NCBI GenBank assembly: GCA_038215615.1
Contig: JBBQQR010000032.1
Coordinates: 1 to 17,391, forward strand
DNA from: Vulcanimicrobiales bacterium
Lineage (GTDB): Bacteria > Vulcanimicrobiota > Vulcanimicrobiia > Vulcanimicrobiales > Vulcanimicrobiaceae
DNA: 17,391 bases
Direction of reading: 5' to 3'
The notes below the pieces were generated by a model, which worked only from the letters and a program-made list of their open reading frames with translations, searched no databases and was not told where the DNA came from. Positions 7,975-16,358 of the stretch are shown in pieces. The position numbers and the translations under genes are program-made. The stretch's first letter is position 1; every line of letters starts with the position of its first letter.

Positions 7975-9249
7975 TTAGACGACTCTTTGAAAGCGCTCGC
8001 GGAACCGCGCCGGCGTGAGATTGGTATGTCCGGCAACTTGGGAAAGGCGCGGCTCTTTCAGATCCTCGGGCTCGAGCCGGATCATGTAGTTGCGCGCAAC
8101 CTCATATGATTCGGTCGTGACGTCGACCATGCGCACGCGCACGCGTCCTGTAGTGGGGTCTTGCAGTTCCGAAAGGTGGACGGGAACCACGCGTCCGCCG
8201 GAGAGCGCGATCAGCGCGCCGCTTCCCCCGCTTAAGAGATACCGCACCGCGCCGTAGCCCAGAGTCCGCGTATACTCGACGTCAAACGGCACCGGTTTAG
8301 CACAGCGCAGCTCGTAGCCGATATCTTTCGTAACGATCGTTGCCGTCACGCCGATATCGTCCAAGCTTTTGCGCACGGCGTCGCGAAGTACCGTACCGAT
8401 TGGCACGTCGGCCAGCCTGACGTGACCGTAGGCGTCGCGCGCAACGCTTTCGAGCGCGGCGAGCTTTTCGGCGGAGAGCCTTTCGGCGATGCCTTCGGCG
8501 ACGATGGCGACGCCGTATCCGTGATTATTTGCAACCCGTTTTACAATCGCCCCGACGATCGTGTCCACGACAACCTGCAGATCCAGCTGGGCTTCCTGGA
8601 ACTCTTCGGGGATGACTGCCAGCGTGGCGCCGGCTGCTTTGCACATGCCCAGAGCAAGTGCGCCGGATTTGCGGCCCATGCTGACGACGAGGTACCACCG
8701 CACGGTCGTGCGCGCGTCCTCCATGAGGCTTTCGATGATGCCGGTGCCGACCGATCGGGCGGTCTCAAAGCCAAACGTCGGCGCGTTGTCGGGAAGCGGG
8801 AGATCGTTGTCGATCGTTTTCGGAACGGTCGCGACGCCGATGCCGCCGGCGGTGGCTTCGGCGATGCGCGTCGCTCCATAGGTGGTATCGTCGCCCCCGA
8901 TCGCCATCAGGTAGCGGATGCCAAGCGACCGGAGCGCTCCGACGCATTTTTGCAGGGTCGCGTCGTCTTTCGCGGGATTCGTTCGTGACGTGCGCAAAAT
9001 CGAACCGCCGGTTGCGTGGATGCGCGAGACGTCTTCGATTCGCAACTCGGTAACGTAGGATGTTTCGCCTTTGGCGAGATGGTGGTAGCCGTCGTAGATG
9101 CCGAGCACACGCAGGCCGCTGTTTACGGCTTCGATCGTCGCCGACGCGATGACGCCGTTAATTCCGGGCGCGGGCCCCCCGCCCACGAGGATGCCGAGCG
9201 TCTCTGTGCTCATGAGCATTGGCTCTTCGGCATAAGAAGACGGAGCCAT
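7975..9249 (-). CDS. pfp: Pyrophosphate-dependent phosphofructokinase (diphosphate--fructose-6-phosphate 1-phosphotransferase)
   Basis: GGGPAPG, GGDD (Asp diagnostic of PPi use), PKTIDND, MGR and GYELRC. From memory it closely resembles the Thermotoga-type short PPi-PFK. The start could be 9249, 9219 or 9213. Confidence 0.92.
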   Translation of the reverse strand: MAPSSYAEEPMLMSTETLGILVGGGPAPGINGVIASATIEAVNSGLRVLGIYDGYHHLAKGETSYVTELRIEDVSRIHATGGSILRTSRTNPAKDDATLQKCVGALRSLGIRYLMAIGGDDTTYGATRIAEATAGGIGVATVPKTIDNDLPLPDNAPTFGFETARSVGTGIIESLMEDARTTVRWYLVVSMGRKSGALALGMCKAAGATLAVIPEEFQEAQLDLQVVVDTIVGAIVKRVANNHGYGVAIVAEGIAERLSAEKLAALESVARDAYGHVRLADVPIGTVLRDAVRKSLDDIGVTATIVTKDIGYELRCAKPVPFDVEYTRTLGYGAVRYLLSGGSGALIALSGGRVVPVHLSELQDPTTGRVRVRMVDVTTESYEVARNYMIRLEPEDLKEPRLSQVAGHTNLTPARFRERFQRVV

Positions 9250-9288
9250 CGCGCTACGATAGCTCCGCCGGTATGGGTTAGGGCTGTT

Positions 9289-9693
9289 TTAGACGGCCGG
9301 TGAAGGCGACGGCTGCGGGGAACGGTTTTTCCAGTTGCGGCCGTGGCGGCCCGAGCCTTCGCGACGTTTTTGCCTGTCGGCTTTGAGTTGCGCTTGTTGC
9401 GCGGGCGTGAGGATGGCCATGATTTTATTGCGCATCTCTTTGCGCGCCTGCGGATCGCGGGCGCTGCCCCTGGGATGCGCTTGACGATACTGCTGGCGGA
9501 TCTGATCGACCTGTGCCTGCTGCTGTTGCGACAGGTTGAGATCTTTCAGGAAATGGGCGCTGCGATGGCGTTGCGATCCAGACTGTTGCTGACTCTGCGC
9601 GGGCGCCGGCTGAACTTGCGCGAAGCCGATGGCCGGGACCGCAAGAGCGGTTGCCAAGGCGGCCGGAACAAGCAGTGAGCGAAAACTAAACAC
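9289..9693 (-). CDS. Spy/CpxP family (LTXXQ motif) periplasmic chaperone-like protein, 134 aa
   Basis: GTG at 9693 with AAAGGAG 5 nt upstream; signal peptide ending GFA-Q; LNLSQQQ and ILTPAQQ motifs; Q/R-rich helical body. Confidence 0.8.
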   Translation of the reverse strand: MFSFRSLLVPAALATALAVPAIGFAQVQPAPAQSQQQSGSQRHRSAHFLKDLNLSQQQQAQVDQIRQQYRQAHPRGSARDPQARKEMRNKIMAILTPAQQAQLKADRQKRREGSGRHGRNWKNRSPQPSPSPAV

Positions 9694-9728
9694 GAGGACT
9701 CCTTTGGGCACGAGTGATGTCGCTATCG

Positions 9729-9755
9729 TAACGAACCGGTGCCCCAAAGGTTCTG
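9729..9755 (-). promoter_or_regulatory. Putative ECF-sigma promoter upstream of the Spy/CpxP-like gene
   Basis: CAGAAC, 16-nt spacer, CGTTA, matching the general ECF AAC-N16-CGT pattern. Confidence 0.4.
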
Positions 9756-9785
9756 AGAAACGGATTAGCCGATGGTAAAGATCCG

Positions 9786-11354
9786 CTAAGGGCGCGGCTG
9801 GATGGCGGCCGCTCGCACGCCTGGCGAAGCCTGCGCTTCGAATCTCAGGAAATTCTTAGCAAATAACTCGGCGAGCTTTTTTGCCTGAACATCGTAAGCG
9901 GCCTTATCCGGCCACATGTTCTTGGGATTCAGAATTTCCGACGGAACGCCGGGAACGCTGAGCGGTATTGAGAGTCCGAAGAACGGCTCGTCCTCAAATG
10001 TGACGTCCGCCAGCGCGCCTTCGATCGCGGCATTCACCATAGCTCGGGTGTAGCCGATTGCAACGCGCTTTCCGACGCCGTAAGGGCCGCCGATCCAGCC
10101 CGTGTTGACGAGCCAGCACGTGACGTCATGTTCGTCGATTTTCTTTCCAAGCAACTTCGCATAAACCGTCGGGTGATGCACCATGAACGGCGCGCCGAAA
10201 CAGGTAGAAAAAGTGGCTTGGGGCTCGGTGATCCCGCGTTCGGTGCCGGCAACTTTGGCAGTATAGCCGGAGAGGAAATGGTACATCGCCTGCTCTTTGG
10301 TCAGCTTGCTGATCGGCGGCAGCGTGCCGAACGCATCGGCCGTGAGCATGACGATCGTGCGCGCATGTCCGGCGCGACTGCCCGGAACGACGTTGGGGAT
10401 GTACTCGATGGGATAGGCGCCGCGTGTATTTTCGGTTTTGGTTTCGGAGTCCAGATCGAGTTTGCGCGTGTGTTCGTCGTAAGCGACGTTTTCCAGAACC
10501 GATCCGAAGCGGTGAATGGCCGACCAAATTTCGGGCTCGGCGCTCTGCGAGAGACGAATAACTTTCGCGTAGCAGCCGCCCTCGAAATTAAAGACGCCCG
10601 TGTCGGACCATCCGTGCTCGTCATCGCCAATGAGCGGACGGCGCGAATCAGCCGAAAGCGTCGTTTTTCCCGTGCCGGAAAGCCCAAAGAAGATCGCGAC
10701 GTCGTCTTTGCCCGCGTTCGCCGAAGAGTGCATCGGAAGCACGTCTTTGAGCGGAAGCAGGTAGTTCATGACGGTGAAGACGGATTTCTTGATCTCACCG
10801 GCATATTTCGTGCCGCCGATCAACACGACGCGTTCTTTAAAATTGACGATGATGAAGGTCGAGGAGTTCGTGCCGTCGCGCGCCGGGTCGGCCGCGAAAA
10901 GCGCGGCGTCGACGACGGTGAATTCGGGTTTGAAGTCTTTGGGCGCCTCATCGGGCACAATGAAGAGGTCGCGCGCGAAGAGATTATGCCACGCGAATTC
11001 TGTGACGATGCGTACCGGCAGCCGGTAACGTTCGTCGGCTCCCACAAAACAATCCAGCGAATAGACTTCGCGTTCCGAAAGATAGGCTGCAACGCGATCC
11101 CATAGGGCATCGAAGACCGCCGGCTCGACGCCGCGGTTCGTCTCACCCCAGTCGATGTGTTTCTCGCTCGAGCTTTCGCGAACGAAGAACTTGTCTTTGG
11201 GCGACCGCCCGGTGTGCGGTCGCGTGTCGACAATCAGCTGGCCGTCGCTGCCAAGGACGCCTTCGCCGCGGCGGAGTGCGTGCTCGATGAGCTCGGACGT
11301 CGACAAGTTTTCGTAGACGCGTGCGGCTTTGATGCCTTCGGAAACGGTGATAAT
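9786..11354 (-). CDS. pckA: Phosphoenolpyruvate carboxykinase (ATP), about 522 aa, probable ATT start
   Basis: [55 protein letters not shown] and [15 protein letters not shown] lies 7 nt before the in-frame ATT at 11354. Confidence 0.95.
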   Translation of the reverse strand: MITVSEGIKAARVYENLSTSELIEHALRRGEGVLGSDGQLIVDTRPHTGRSPKDKFFVRESSSEKHIDWGETNRGVEPAVFDALWDRVAAYLSEREVYSLDCFVGADERYRLPVRIVTEFAWHNLFARDLFIVPDEAPKDFKPEFTVVDAALFAADPARDGTNSSTFIIVNFKERVVLIGGTKYAGEIKKSVFTVMNYLLPLKDVLPMHSSANAGKDDVAIFFGLSGTGKTTLSADSRRPLIGDDEHGWSDTGVFNFEGGCYAKVIRLSQSAEPEIWSAIHRFGSVLENVAYDEHTRKLDLDSETKTENTRGAYPIEYIPNVVPGSRAGHARTIVMLTADAFGTLPPISKLTKEQAMYHFLSGYTAKVAGTERGITEPQATFSTCFGAPFMVHHPTVYAKLLGKKIDEHDVTCWLVNTGWIGGPYGVGKRVAIGYTRAMVNAAIEGALADVTFEDEPFFGLSIPLSVPGVPSEILNPKNMWPDKAAYDVQAKKLAELFAKNFLRFEAQASPGVRAAAIQPRP

Positions 11355-11405
11355 AGTGGTGCTCCCTGCAGGGCAGACAGAGTGATTCGGGCTAAAACGT
11401 AAACG

Positions 11406-12554
11406 GTGAGATTCGCCGTCTTTGCCCTGCTGTGCCTGTTTAGCGTGGCTGCAGCCGCCTCGGCCGCAGTGCCGTTTCACGTGGGATTTTACCCATCCGG
11501 ACCCATCGACGGCATCACCGATGTGCCGGGCGTCGCCGTAGGCAATGTGACAAAAGTCGAAGGCACCTCGATCCGCACGGGGGCCACCGCGATTCTACCC
11601 AATACCGATCCGTGGAACCATAAAGTCTCCGCGTACGCGCTGTCATTCAATGGAAACGGCGAGATGACGGGCACTCACTGGGTGAATGAAGCGGGTTATC
11701 TGGAAGAACCGATCGTGCTGACCGATACGCTGGACGTCGGCCGCGCCGACGACGGCGTGATCAGCTGGATGATCCAGCAGCATCCGCAGGTCGGTGTACG
11801 CGACGACGTTCCGCTGCCGGTCGTCGCGGAGTGCGACGATCAACTTCTGAACGATATCCAGGCTCGCGCGATCGGCGCGCAAGACGTCGTCGACTTGCTG
11901 GACTCGACCAAGACCGGGCAGTTTGCGCGCGGCAGCGTCGGCGCGGGCACCGGTATGAAGGCATTCGGATTCAAAGCCGGCATCGGCTCGGCATCGCGCG
12001 TGCTTCCGGCGGATCTCGGAGGCTACACGGTAGGCGTGCTCGTGAATGACAACACCGGTTCGACCCGCGATCAATTAACGATCGCCGGCGTCCGCGTGGG
12101 CGAAGCGCTGCGCAACGAATACAAAATGGTTTTTCCGAAACGCGTGACGCTGCACGGTCGCATGGCGTCGGGCAGCATCATCATCGTGGTAGCGACGAAC
12201 GCGCCGCTGGATTCGCGGCAGTTGCGGGCAATCGCCCTGCGCGCCGGTATGGGCATGTCGCGTACCGGGCTCACGAGCGACGTCGGCAGCGGCGACCTTT
12301 TCATCGCCTTCAGCACCGGGTACGTATTCACGCGGACCGGAGATTTTGAGGTAAAAGCGCCGCCCGTACCGATTATCGAAGACACCGGCGTGCTCAACGC
12401 GCTCTATCGCGCGACTGCCGAAGCGACCGAATACGCGATCTACGACGCGTTATTCAGCGCAAAGACAATGACCGGCAAGGGCGGAGTGACGGTTTACGGC
12501 CTCCCGACGGAGCGCGTGCTGGGCATGCTGAAAGCGGCGGGCGCAGTTAGATAG
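11406..12554 (+). CDS. P1 family (DmpA / S58) aminopeptidase with signal peptide, 382 aa
   Basis: [53 protein letters not shown] autocleavage site, ATNAPL and [10 protein letters not shown]. Confidence 0.9.
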   Translation: MRFAVFALLCLFSVAAAASAAVPFHVGFYPSGPIDGITDVPGVAVGNVTKVEGTSIRTGATAILPNTDPWNHKVSAYALSFNGNGEMTGTHWVNEAGYLEEPIVLTDTLDVGRADDGVISWMIQQHPQVGVRDDVPLPVVAECDDQLLNDIQARAIGAQDVVDLLDSTKTGQFARGSVGAGTGMKAFGFKAGIGSASRVLPADLGGYTVGVLVNDNTGSTRDQLTIAGVRVGEALRNEYKMVFPKRVTLHGRMASGSIIIVVATNAPLDSRQLRAIALRAGMGMSRTGLTSDVGSGDLFIAFSTGYVFTRTGDFEVKAPPVPIIEDTGVLNALYRATAEATEYAIYDALFSAKTMTGKGGVTVYGLPTERVLGMLKAAGAVR

Positions 12555-14010
12555 CGGCGCAGATGACGCGCAAAGCTTTGAGCGGCGTGCGCGCCGCCTC
12601 AAAATCGCAGAGCAGGCGGCCAAGGCGCGCCTGTTTTTTGTTAGTGACAAACCAAGGAGGCTTTGTTAGCGGCCTAAACGGTGCGCGCACGATGCTTTTT
12701 CGCGTGTTTGCCAATAAATATGAATTATGCACGACGCCCAAGCCCTCGCCTTCGGGCCGGTAATCTCCCCAGGGCGTCTCCGTTAGGAAATATCCGAGGC
12801 CTGCCCAAGCATTGACGGCTACGCAGCCGCGCCGCAGGTCAGAGACGGCATCGGCAACCGCTTGCGGCATCGAGCTTTCGGTCTGCGGCGATACGATCAG
12901 GTTTGCGCCGAGCGTTCCGTAGAGTCGATCGTTGACGAATTCAACGGCATCGCGCAGAAAACGCCGCGGCTCGCCGGCTAGTTCGACGCAGAACAAGACG
13001 CCGCAAAATGCCTCAGTTTGGAATGCATCTGCAGGCGCATCAGCGCCGAGTCTAACGATGTTACGGAACTCAGACTCTGCCCCGGCGATCGCGGCGCGGC
13101 GGTTGGCCGCGCCCGGATAATATTCGGGCCTGTGTTCCAAACCGTTAAAAACGCGTTCGACCTCGTGCAGAAGCTGCTCTTTCAGGCGCCATTCTTTTGG
13201 AATCAGCAACACTTGTGCTGCAATGCAGTTGAAACCCGCATTATGCGCTTTTTGGGTTGCGATGTTCTCGGCTTGAAATCGCAGATCGCTTTGACTCCAA
13301 TCGCCGGGGACCACGATCGTCGGCGTGACACTGCCGAGCTCGGCAGTAATGCGCTTGTGTGGCGCGATCGCGCGAATGGCTGCGTACGTCGCCGCGCTTC
13401 CCGTAACGTGTATTTCGTCGATGGCCGCGTCGGCGCAAAGCCGCGCACCGGCCGCCGCCCCGCCCGAAACGAAGCGTAATCTACCGGCGTCAGCCAACGG
13501 TGCGAGCGCTTTCTCGAAAACAGGCCGCAGATAGTCGTTGACCGGATTTAGTTTGAGAACACAGCGTGCGTTTTCAGCGACGATCTTATAAAGCACGTCG
13601 AGCGCGGGAATGCTCGATATGTTTCCGGCGCCGAGCACGAGGACGGTTCGCGATTCGCTCGGTGGCCGGATATATGAAAGGGAATTGCCGTTGAAAACGA
13701 CGTCCGCGGTTACGCCCTGCAGAAGCACGCGGTCGTAAAGATCGTGGGGAAAGACGCGCACCGTCATTCCGCCCTCTGTCATAACGCTGCGTGGATCTAG
13801 CGGCGTCACCTGGCGAGCCGTACGTTCCAGCAAGCGGATGTACCGGTTGAGCGCGTAGAGTACCGCCCACGGACCGGAAATCCACTCCTCGCCTTCGAGG
13901 TACGAACCCGGGGCGAGGCCCTTGCCGCGCGCGGAGAGTGCGACCCACTCCGAGGCGGCCCCGCGGGTCAGTCGTCGCGTTTCCTGGAGCAGCCGTATGA
14001 GGCTCATCAC
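12547..14010 (-). CDS. Aldehyde dehydrogenase family protein, about 487 aa
   Basis: LGAGN, LKLNPVN, HVTGS, catalytic Glu in AELG..TP, catalytic Cys in NAGFNC, EAFCG and GTLGA. Start placed at GTG 14010 or ATG 14007; the ORF-track extension would overlap the divergent small ORF. Confidence 0.85.
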   Translation of the reverse strand: MMSLIRLLQETRRLTRGAASEWVALSARGKGLAPGSYLEGEEWISGPWAVLYALNRYIRLLERTARQVTPLDPRSVMTEGGMTVRVFPHDLYDRVLLQGVTADVVFNGNSLSYIRPPSESRTVLVLGAGNISSIPALDVLYKIVAENARCVLKLNPVNDYLRPVFEKALAPLADAGRLRFVSGGAAAGARLCADAAIDEIHVTGSAATYAAIRAIAPHKRITAELGSVTPTIVVPGDWSQSDLRFQAENIATQKAHNAGFNCIAAQVLLIPKEWRLKEQLLHEVERVFNGLEHRPEYYPGAANRRAAIAGAESEFRNIVRLGADAPADAFQTEAFCGVLFCVELAGEPRRFLRDAVEFVNDRLYGTLGANLIVSPQTESSMPQAVADAVSDLRRGCVAVNAWAGLGYFLTETPWGDYRPEGEGLGVVHNSYLLANTRKSIVRAPFRPLTKPPWFVTNKKQARLGRLLCDFEAARTPLKALRVICAAI

Positions 14011-14061
14011 GCGCCGAGCGTTCAGCAAGCATCCGCGATGGCCCCGGTCGAAGGTGGGAAG

Positions 14062-14220
14062 ATGGCCGCCAAGCGTAAACGCCGCCGCAAAGCTAAGGTC
14101 AAGCCGCCCCTGGGGCCCGCGGTGAACCTCCGTCCGGCCGGCGCGCATAAGACGAAGAAACGGTACGATCGCAGACAGAACCAAGAGATCGTCGCCGTCG
14201 AGTCTGAGGAACAGGAATAG
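14062..14220 (+). CDS. Small basic protein, 52 aa (MAAKRKRRRKAKVKPP...HKTKKRYDRR...ESEEQE)
   Basis: ATG preceded by a purine-rich AAGGTGGGAAG; K/R-rich body with an acidic tail; fills an otherwise empty gap. Confidence 0.55.
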   Translation: MAAKRKRRRKAKVKPPLGPAVNLRPAGAHKTKKRYDRRQNQEIVAVESEEQE

Positions 14221-14259
14221 CAAGAGCCGGGTGCGGGTACCGCGGAGCTCGCCATTACG

Positions 14260-14451
14260 TTGGATGACGGCCGTGTCGTCACCGAGGGCTTTAACCAGGC
14301 GCAGATGGCGCAGTTTACGCGCAACCGCATGCTGGCGCGCTTACAAGACGGCCTGCCGCTCGTGCATTATGACGGAGAACGCATTGAGATCCCGGCCGAA
14401 CGCGTCGTCTCCGTCGACGTCGTCGCGGAGCGAGAACTCGCGACCGTTTAA
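14260..14451 (+). CDS. Small hypothetical protein, at least 63 aa, start uncertain
   Basis: Globular-looking sequence with GC-rich third positions, ending 3 nt from the convergent stop at 14455. The frame is open back to the TAG at 14218-14220. Confidence 0.6.
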   Translation: MDDGRVVTEGFNQAQMAQFTRNRMLARLQDGLPLVHYDGERIEIPAERVVSVDVVAERELATV

Positions 14452-14454
14452 GAG

Positions 14455-15405
14455 TTAGGCGATCAGTTCGCGTTCGACCAGAATCGTGCGCGGATCGATC
14501 AGGTGCTTGTTCAGCCCGAGTTTTTCGGCGGGTACACCCAGCGCGAGCGCGACCAACTGCGGAAGATGGAACGTCGGCAAATCGGTGCGGCCCCAGCGCG
14601 CGGCCGCGTCTTGCTGATAGCCATCGAGCGCCAGATGACAGAGCGGGCACGGCGTGATCACTGCTTCGGCGCCGCGATCCTTGGCGATGCGCATATTCTG
14701 CCCGACCATGGAGGTCGCCACGCCGTCTTTTTCGAGCTGGATGTGGAACCCGCAGCAGCGCGTCTTGCCGGCGTAGTCAACCGGCTCGCCGCCGATTGCG
14801 GTGATAACGTCTTCAAGTGAATGAGGGTTACGTGCCGACTCCCACCCGTTGACTTTCTCCGGGCGGATGATGTGGCATCCGTAAAATGGCGCGACGCGTA
14901 GGCCGTTGAGCGGGCGCACGACCATGCTGCTGAGCTTATCCAAACCGATGTCGTCGATGAGCAGCCACAACAAATGGCGGACCATGACGCTGCCGTCGTA
15001 CTTGGCGCCGAATTTTCCGAGGATCGAATTGGCCTGGTTCATGTGCTCTTCGCTCTCGAGCAGTTCCTTGTTGGCGGCGCGCATGTGGCCGGTGCAGGTG
15101 GAGCAGATCGTGATAACGTCGTCGAGTCCGAGCGCTTCGGCCTGCGCGTACGTGCGTGCATTGAGCACACGTGCGATATCGCGGTTGGTGTCGTTGACAA
15201 CGGATGCGCCGCAGCACGAAGCGGCCGTGAGCTCGATTAATTCGATGCCGAGTTTGTCGGCGAGCAACATGGTCGAGTTGAAGAGCTCTTTGCATGACTC
15301 TTTGGCGACGCAGCCCGGGAAAAAGCCGTACCGCCGCATCTGGGAACTTTTTGAACGGCGGTGAGAGTCGGTGGCCTGTTCTTCAGGCAGAAGCGTGCTG
15401 CTCAT
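14455..15405 (-). CDS. HdrB-like CCG-domain Fe-S subunit (SdhE-type anchor of type E succinate:quinone oxidoreductase), 316 aa
   Basis: Two CCG domains (PGC...CCG...CSTC and YGC...CCG...CPLC); ATGA overlap with sdhB; GGAGG SD. Confidence 0.88.
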   Translation of the reverse strand: MSSTLLPEEQATDSHRRSKSSQMRRYGFFPGCVAKESCKELFNSTMLLADKLGIELIELTAASCCGASVVNDTNRDIARVLNARTYAQAEALGLDDVITICSTCTGHMRAANKELLESEEHMNQANSILGKFGAKYDGSVMVRHLLWLLIDDIGLDKLSSMVVRPLNGLRVAPFYGCHIIRPEKVNGWESARNPHSLEDVITAIGGEPVDYAGKTRCCGFHIQLEKDGVATSMVGQNMRIAKDRGAEAVITPCPLCHLALDGYQQDAAARWGRTDLPTFHLPQLVALALGVPAEKLGLNKHLIDPRTILVERELIA

Positions 15406-16358
15406 GTCGGAACCTCCAGCGATTCGAAAATCATGCGGACTTCGTCGGCCTTGGGGATAGGCTTGAGGAACGGCGGCGGCATCTTGCCCTTAACCGCCAT
15501 GCGAAGGCCGAGCGGCGCGATCTTTAACAGGCCGCGGATATTGAAGCGCCCGACGGTGCCTTGAATAACTTCGGTCTCTGCGAGCATGCCGGTCTTCTTG
15601 ATCGTCTTGTTGACGACCAGAGCGTGCCGCGGTCCGGGGTGGTCCATCATCACGCCTTCTTGGATGGTGGCGCGTTTGACATCGACGATGCGGTCGTGCG
15701 GATCGACGTGCTTCGGACAGTACGAGCATGCGTAGCAGTGCGCGCACAGCCACAGATAATCTTCGTTTATCTGCGCGAGGCGCTCTTTTCTCTTGCCGTC
15801 CCGGACGTCTTCGATGAAGCGGTACGCGTATGCAATGGCCGCAGGGCCGGCAAACGACGGGTCAACGCTGACGACCGGGCACAGTGCGTAGCATGTCGCG
15901 CACATCACGCAGTTGGCGGCATCGACGAGTTTCTTCATGTCCGCCGGACTTACGCGGCGCTCGAGTTCGTGGTCTTCGTCGCGGTCGGCCGGCTGAAGAT
16001 AGGGTTTGAGGCGGGTGTATTTGTCCCAGAACGGATCCATGTGCACGACGAGGTCTTTCATCGGCTGAAAATTCGGCATCGGGTCGATTTGAATGACGCC
16101 TTCGTCGTTCATGACGCTCTTGCACGGCGTTTTGCACGCGAGCCCGGTCACGCCGTTGATGTTCATGGAGCACGATCCACATATTGCCGAACGGCACGAA
16201 CGGCGGAAGCTGATCGAGCCGTCAACTTCAGCTTTGGCGGTTTCGAGAGCGTCGAGCACGGTCGTCGTAACGGGGATGTCGATTTCGACCGTGTCGCGAT
16301 GCGGGACGGCATCGACGGCCTCATCGTAGCGGAAGATGTCGAGTTTGACTTGAGCCAT
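15402..16358 (-). CDS. sdhB: Succinate dehydrogenase/fumarate reductase iron-sulfur subunit with C-terminal extension, 318 aa
   Basis: CRSAICGSC...C [2Fe-2S] motif, CVMCATCYALCP, CAHCYACSYCP, KDLVV and GPAA. Start at the TGATG overlap with the sdhA stop. Confidence 0.92.
   Translation of the reverse strand: MAQVKLDIFRYDEAVDAVPHRDTVEIDIPVTTTVLDALETAKAEVDGSISFRRSCRSAICGSCSMNINGVTGLACKTPCKSVMNDEGVIQIDPMPNFQPMKDLVVHMDPFWDKYTRLKPYLQPADRDEDHELERRVSPADMKKLVDAANCVMCATCYALCPVVSVDPSFAGPAAIAYAYRFIEDVRDGKRKERLAQINEDYLWLCAHCYACSYCPKHVDPHDRIVDVKRATIQEGVMMDHPGPRHALVVNKTIKKTGMLAETEVIQGTVGRFNIRGLLKIAPLGLRMAVKGKMPPPFLKPIPKADEVRMIFESLEVPT

Noticed and set aside
9255..9730. 9-bp inverted repeat (TACGATAGC at 9255-9263 / GCTATCGTA at 9722-9730) flanking the Spy-like gene, as mobile-element or invertible-segment ends
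   Set aside because: Short, with no recombinase or target duplication, and both copies coincide with -10-like hexamers.
9756..9785. Hairpin CGGAT...ATCCG followed by TTTCT after pckA as a terminator
   Set aside because: Only a 5-bp stem with a 15-nt loop and a poor U-tract.
12547..12554. 8-nt 3' overlap of the convergent DmpA and ALDH genes
   Set aside because: Ordinary in compact genomes; no further evidence of antisense regulation.
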